Positions 57,441 to 64,000 of a stretch of DNA of 64,000 nucleotides are shown here, piece by piece (position 1 is the stretch's first letter; each line of letters opens with the position of its first letter). Source of the stretch: Eledone cirrhosa (lineage: Eukaryota); contig OZ024742.1 in NCBI GenBank assembly GCA_964016885.1, positions 100,564,001 to 100,628,000 on the forward strand. Direction: 5' to 3'. The translations under genes were made by a program, and so were the position numbers. The notes under the pieces were generated by a model. It did not search any database. It was not told where the DNA came from and saw nothing but the letters and a program-made list of their open reading frames with translations.

Positions 57441-58649
57441 CAACAAGCGAGACAACTATAAAAGAAATCTGTATATTACGTATTTTTCAATGATTCCCTC
57501 TATAAAATCTTGAATATGTACCTGTAATTAGGCGGGGTTTGGGTGATCGTTACAGGATTGCTAAATTCCACAGATGCTCGTTTCCTGCTAGGGCTACCAG
57601 ATTAACAATTAAACAAGATAAACATAATTAAGGCACTAAGGAAAGAGGCAACCAATTGTTGTTGTTGTTACTGTTGTAAAGAATCAGTGACCCTGTATTA
57701 TAAATACTAACAAAAACACCAACAATTGACCAATCATTTGTTATTGTTGTTTTTATATTGTTATTGTTGCTGTTACTGTAAAGAATCAGTGGCCCTGTTT
57801 TATAAATACTGACAAAAACAAGAAATGACCAGTCACTTGTTATTGTTGTTTTTTATGTTGTTATTATGCCAGTAAGCCGGTGGATTTGGCAGAGTCGTTA
57901 GGGCATTGCAATATCGATGGAGCGTCGGGCAACATGCTTTATGACATAGAGTCACGACCCTTTACGATCTGAGTTCAAATCATCCTGGGGTTAGCTTGTC
58001 TTTCATCCTTACGGGGGCGACAAAATAAAGTACCAGTAATGCACTGGGGTCCATTTAATCGACTTTCCTTTTCCCCCAAATTATTGTCCTTGTGCCTAAA
58101 TCAGAAACCCATATTTGTTCCGGGTCTCCGTGTTCTGAGCTCAAATACCACTATGGTCCACTTTGCCTTTCATCCTTTCGAATTGATGAAGAAAGTACCT
58201 GTCCAATACTGGTGCAGTTCTCTTTGGTTCCATTGGATCAAAAGAGGAGTTGCTCGCGAGTGCATAGTAAATACTACCAAGTTATACTCGATTAAAGATG
58301 GCGGCTGTAGTAGTATTGTGCCGCTAAATAAATGAAACTGATTGGTTACAATTTTTTCAAAATACAGTCTTTGAAGAGCTGTAACTTTTTGTTATTAAAT
58401 AATCCAAAAATGGTTATGGTTATGGTTTTTGTAATCAGCACACAAAACTACATCAGTAGAAATTTATTAAAATAATCGGACACTTTTCATTAAACGGAAA
58501 AGTTTGCTATCTGAAACTGCCCCTGGTTCTACAATAGAAAACCGTTTATTTTAATATATTTATATTTATTTAAAAACGTTCCATCATAATTTTATCTAAG
58601 AACTTTTCTTAAGTTATGCTCTAAAACACAGCTAAATAATATGAACCTG

Positions 58650-58930
58650 GTGCAGTCTGCGACTCACCCAGATTCTGCTGCATGTCGGGCTGAGGAAGCC
58701 AAACTCTCCAAGTACCGGTCGCTCTCCGACAGGTTCGCGGTCGTGCCCTTGGCAGTGGAGACTACTGGTGTCCTTAGCCCTAGGCTACCTCTCTACTCAC
58801 CACCCTAGGCGCGGAGCTGGCCAGCCACAGGTGTGAGCCTCGCGAGTTGGAATGGCTCTTCCAGCGCATCTCCCACACCATCCTCCGGGGAAACGCCTTC
58901 TTCATCCTGTCCACCGGGGCTGTGGGGGAG
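58650..58930 (+). pseudogene. CRE-like non-LTR retrotransposon C-terminal (RLE) fragment
   Basis: AEEAKLSKYRSLSDRFAVVPLAVETTG ... EWLFQRISHTILRGNA. Confidence 0.7.
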
Positions 58931-59802
58931 GCCAGCACGTGGGACCCCATTTACTCACCATACAGACAGGTAGGGAGGGCGACAGAGAAGCAGGCGATGA
59001 CAGTGGGAGTTCGGCTCTTCCACATTCGGATCATATCCTTGTGGTTGTGTTCATCCAGCACTAGTAAAGTAATGAAATATATGTAAAAATGATTAACCAT
59101 ATGAAAGTTCTATTACTACTGACTGAGGTGTAGAGTCTGTCACCCACTCCCCTTCCCCATTTCTTTCGTACACAAAATTACATGCCCTTTCCTTCCTTTT
59201 CCCTCTTTTGCAATGCTACTTTATTTTTTTCTTTGACAAAATATTAAATTCTTTATTATTTTTATGTAATTAAAAATTTAGATTTTTCTAATAAAATGTG
59301 TATAATATCTACACGTTGTACACCGGACAATGGAAGACAACAAGGTCGTTGTAAAAAAAGAAGAAATCGAGGCAAACTGCATCATGACTTGAAAAATTGC
59401 TAAATATTTTCAAAATGATTTCAAGATACTTAATTACAAATATGGGAAGGAAAGGTTTAATAAAATTAAGAAAAATAAGTAATGTTTAATATAGAAGTAG
59501 GGTCAAGCCTTGGGGTGGGGATTACTTGGAGGAAAATAGGGAATTTTAATGTTATTTCATATTCAGCGCATATGTCGTATTTCTTAATGTTTTGTCAGTT
59601 AAACAATGAGAACATATAGAGGGGATACCATTGTTAGGATGTGCTTAAGATATCAGTCGACCTTGATACGGGTGGGTGGGTGGAGAGCTGGTGTGTCCTC
59701 AGACTTTTAACAATTGTCAAAAATGTCCTACTACTGTTAACTGAAAAAAACGACTTTTAGAAATATGCTATTAACAGCTCAATGTAATATATACGTGTAT
59801 AG

Positions 59803-59834
<32 letters not shown>

Positions 59835-60475
59835 TGTATGTATGTATGTATGTTCTTGTTCTTATTTTTGGTAAATATCATCTTGGTTAAGAGAGTGGGA
59901 CTGGCTTTGTGCAGTGCCTTTGCTCACTATAAAAGCTTCACGGCACAGGCATTGCTTTATATCTGGAGATCTCTCTGCACTTGTCGTCACATGGTACCAT
60001 GGGCCCAGCACTATGTGTCAATAATTGTCACAAGTGTAGTGTTTGTACCAGAGTTTTCAAGTCACTGGCTGGTCTAAATGTTACACTCGTTCAGCGCATC
60101 GGTAGGGGTTCTCCTACATGGATATAAAGTAGTGGTGGCCGTACTCGAAAACGAGTTGGCAGCCACCATGTATGTATGTATGTAAACACATACATACATG
60201 TACGTCAATACTCATCGTTTTCCATTTCTTAGAGGGTTCTATACCCCACTACCAGGCTTCTTTAGTCAAAATATATATATACATATATATAAGAAAATGG
60301 GTTTTTTTTTAATTTAAAAAAAAACAGATATCGTACACGGGTGAAAAGTATAAGGAGAAGAAATCGAAAATGCAGCTGGGGTTTTTTTAAGAATATTTAT
60401 TTATTTCCTTTACCGGTTTCACAGTTCTTATGCTTTTCAAAAGTAGAAATGAGATGGAGAGTTTGTGGTTTATCT

Positions 60476-60543
<68 letters not shown>

Positions 60544-60569
60544 CTCTCTCTCTATATATATATATATGA

Positions 60570-60996
60570 ATTCATAGAAAAATGAGAAAACTCATCGCTA
60601 GAACAACCGTTAAAACAGTCAAATGCTGTCAGTGACAGTGGTGAGCAAAAATGCCTCAAAGGACAGAAACCAGCGGCCAGGGGTCGACTGAGAGACAATC
60701 CATAAACTATATTTCATCTGCCTGTCACCCACCCCGTGCATTGTCATGTACAACGCCTTTCTTTGTTTCCTTCTTCCAGTCACTCCTATGGGCCAATGCA
60801 CATCTCCTTGTCCTCTTCTTCTCTCAATCTTTTCTATATTTCATCTGCCTGACACCCACCTCGTCGATTGTCTCTCTGCTGACCCCTCACCGCTGGTTTC
60901 TGTCCCCTGAAACATTTTTGCCCATCACCGTCACTGACAGCATTTGGCTGTTTCAACGGCTGTTCTAGCGATGAATTTTTTTCATTTTTCTATGAG
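60570..60996. repeat. Diverged inverted repeat (~130-bp arms) embedded in (TA)n
   Basis: 60570-60700 is an imperfect reverse complement of 60866-60996. CTATATTTCATCTGCCTG.CACCCACC is duplicated internally. Confidence 0.7.
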
Positions 60997-60997
60997 T

Positions 60998-61095
<98 letters not shown>

Positions 61096-61136
61096 CGAAA
61101 TAGAAGTCAATTGCATGAACTCATAATCCTTTATTT

Positions 61137-61192
61137 ACTGCTATATATATTTCGATGATAGCCATTGAATGACTATGACCTCATCAGGCAGT
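61137..61192 (-). ncRNA. Type-I (minimal/dimeric) hammerhead ribozyme
   Basis: Reverse complement: stem I ACTGC/GCAGT; CTGATGA; stem II GGT.ATAGTCA/TGGCTAT.ATC; GAAA; palindromic stem III ATATATAT; AUA site. Confidence 0.82.
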
Positions 61193-61251
61193 TAGTCAGT
61201 TCTTAGATATGTCAGCTCTGTGTTTATGGTGTTGATGGTATAAGAGCCTTG

Positions 61252-61320
<69 letters not shown>

Positions 61321-61372
61321 GAGAGAGAGAGTTTTGTATCTGTTTTGTCGTTTCCTTGAACTATAAATATAT

Positions 61373-61447
<75 letters not shown>

Positions 61448-61570
61448 CATATATTTATAGTTCAAAGAAACGACAAAACAGATACATTTATATATATATA
61501 TATATGTATATATATATAAATGTATATATATACATATATATATATATAAGTGTGTGTGTCTGTGTGTGTA

Positions 61571-61613
<43 letters not shown>

Positions 61614-62332
61614 ATATATATATATATATATTGTCAATGTTAACACTCTTTTCCATGCATGGCACTTGACCTGGCTGAGTAATAGTGACACTCTCCCCCT
61701 CTCTCTCCTTATACAGGAAGCTATTAAGATGTTTATCTCCAGTAAAACACCAGCTCCTTTATTATGGTACTATTTGCGCTCTAGTAGAAAAATATATAAC
61801 AATAATAATAATAAATACATAAGAATAACTGAGTCACTTAGTTACAGAGAACGAAATATTTTTATATTTTTACTTTAAGCATTTTCCCATACTAACAACT
61901 TACTGGTATTCCATTCTTAGTATTTTCAGTGACATCATCATCGCTGTGATTGGTGGAGTGGTGTGGCACGGGGTGGAGTGGAGAGGTGTTTAGTTAAAAA
62001 TGCTTTCATAAACAGTCAAGATTGTCTGTCTGTCTGTCTACTTAACTGTCTATCTAAACCACGTTTCAGAGCTCAAATCCCACTGGACCCATCTTCTACA
62101 CACACCCCACCCCACCCCACCTTTACTTCTGCATTATCATCATCGTCATTATCATCATCATCGCCATTATTATCATCATTGCCATCATTGCCATCGTCAT
62201 CATCATCACTACTATCATTATATACTTATCATCATCATCATCATCATCATCATTCATTGTTTTTTCATCTAGTGTATTTAGAAATTCCTAAATCCTCCTT
62301 CTATTATTGCAGTCAGAGATGAGCTGCCGTTA

Positions 62333-62370
<38 letters not shown>

Positions 62371-63453
62371 TTTACGTCTGCTTTTCCATAGTTGCATGGG
62401 CTGGAAAGGTCTTTCTTAGCACAGCATCCCCCTAGTTATTGCGTTCTTTCGTCATCTCCTCTAGGTGCTTCAGCGATTTCAGATCAACTTTAACCCCTTC
62501 TGCCCAGGTCTTTCTTGGTCTTCCTCTACTACTTGGTACTTCTTTACCCAACTATTATTATCTCTATGCATAACATGTCTATACCAGTTCAGTCTTCTCT
62601 CTTACACGCTATATTTGATTCTTGTTATACCCAGAAAAATGCCTAAGTACTTCTTCCATCCTTTCAGTTAGATGATGACGACAATGATGATGGTATGGAT
62701 ATTTATAATAATGATGATGATGATGGTACAGATAATGTTTTATATATTTGCCACGAGTGCAGTGAAGGAAACCATCACGGAAGAGTCCCATCTGGAAGAC
62801 CTTTAGTCAGGGATGAGCTGTTAGTAAACAACAAGGAAGAGAATCAACTTGATTCAACTCTCAATATGCGATCACAAGCAGGAAAACCATAAGTCCGGCG
62901 TATTAAGAATGGCTTGAGGTTAAACAACAGCAAAGATGGTGGGGGTGATCTTTACATTGGACTGGTGCTGATGCCTCGATAAAATGTACCCAGTACATTC
63001 TGTAACATAGTTGGTATTAAGAAAAGCCATAGGAACGAGGCATGAAAAATGGAACATGTAAGCAAGGCATAGTCTCAGACTCATTTAGTCTCAGATTGAG
63101 ACAACCTGTCCAACCCATGTCAACATGGAAAACGGACGTAAACCAATAATGATGAGGATATTGTAAACAACTTAATCTATCCCACATGACTTACTAACTA
63201 CTCAACGTAGGTCCACGGGCGGGAAAATCATGGTCACCTGATGAGAACAATTATGATTTGGCTGGAAAGACAAATATTTTAGCCAGAGTCTATATATATT
63301 TTTTCGTTGTGACTATCTCTTATTGAATCATCACAGGCGTGTCGCCAGAGGGTGGAGCACTGGAAGGCACTGTCTCCCCTACTTTTCAATAGTGCACTCT
63401 CTGATTTAAAAAGAAAGTTTGTAAAATAATATCCTGAAATACGTTCTTTAAAA

Positions 63454-63745
63454 CAGATATCCTCAACCACCAGTCCGTGGATCACATGCTACCGGGCCGC
63501 AAAGAGATAATTAACTTGTTTAAAATTATATAATAGATAAATTGAATATTGGACTTCAATTTAAGAAAATTTACATGAGAGTCAAAAGATTATACACTTT
63601 TTCTTCCCTTTAATAAACTGCTCCTTTTACTATTGCTCTCTTTATCGAAATGCACTTAAATAACACATATATGCAACTACCGATCCGCGGAGAGATTGTC
63701 CGGCATGAAACCGGTCCGTGGTATAAAGAAGGTTGGAGACCACTG
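63454..63745. mobile_element. hAT/Charlie-like MITE
   Basis: Ends CAG..TCCTCAACC / GGTTGGAGACCACTG; 8-bp TSD CTTTAAAA/CTTTAAAG. Confidence 0.7.
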
Positions 63746-64000
63746 CTTTAAAGTCATGATTTTACTCACTTTTCTACCCAAACAAGAACAAAGAACAATT
63801 TTTTTTTAAAAGCAAAGAAGTTATCCAAAGAAGCTGGTTAAAATTTCTGTACGGAATTAGAGTACCCGCCCAAAATGTTCTGTAGTCACCCACACCCTCA
63901 AAATACTAAAGCTTGGAGACGAATCTGAATGACCACTGGCTTGTTTTGAAAAGGATATGGGATTCCTTAACTATTGTACTGTAATATACCACCACTCATT

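Noticed and set aside
57360-57461. Short GC-richer ORF (MEEDSPDTP...) as a host exon
   Set aside because: Better explained as the antisense of an RTE LINE 3' end.

Overview
This is eukaryotic, repeat-saturated, AT-rich intergenic or intronic DNA. The very high density of (TA)n, (CA)n, (GA)n and (TATG)n tracts and the tRNA-derived SINE families suggest a mollusc, probably an octopus (inference). I found no host protein-coding exon; nearly all listed ORFs are microsatellite translations. The one real long ORF (31432-33498, +) is a 5'-truncated but uninterrupted Penelope-like retroelement (PLE). It encodes RT, a CxxxxCxxC linker and a GIY-YIG endonuclease, and is flanked by a 298-bp inverted pseudo-LTR pair inside (TA)n. 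Many of the short non-repetitive islands between (TA)n tracts are 3' ends of several other PLE-like families. By eye I can fold about 15 type-I hammerhead ribozyme (HHR) loci from at least 8 sequence-unrelated families, including a U3-A8 compensatory-core variant, U4A variants and long stem-II variants. Many islands are asymmetric fold-back (palindromic) insertions, and their 3' tails share a small covarying stem-loop (ACTC/GCTC...GAGT/GAGC-RC). The rest is SINEs, hAT/Tc1-mariner/piggyBac MITEs, RTE and CRE-like LINE fragments, a Helitron end and simple repeats.
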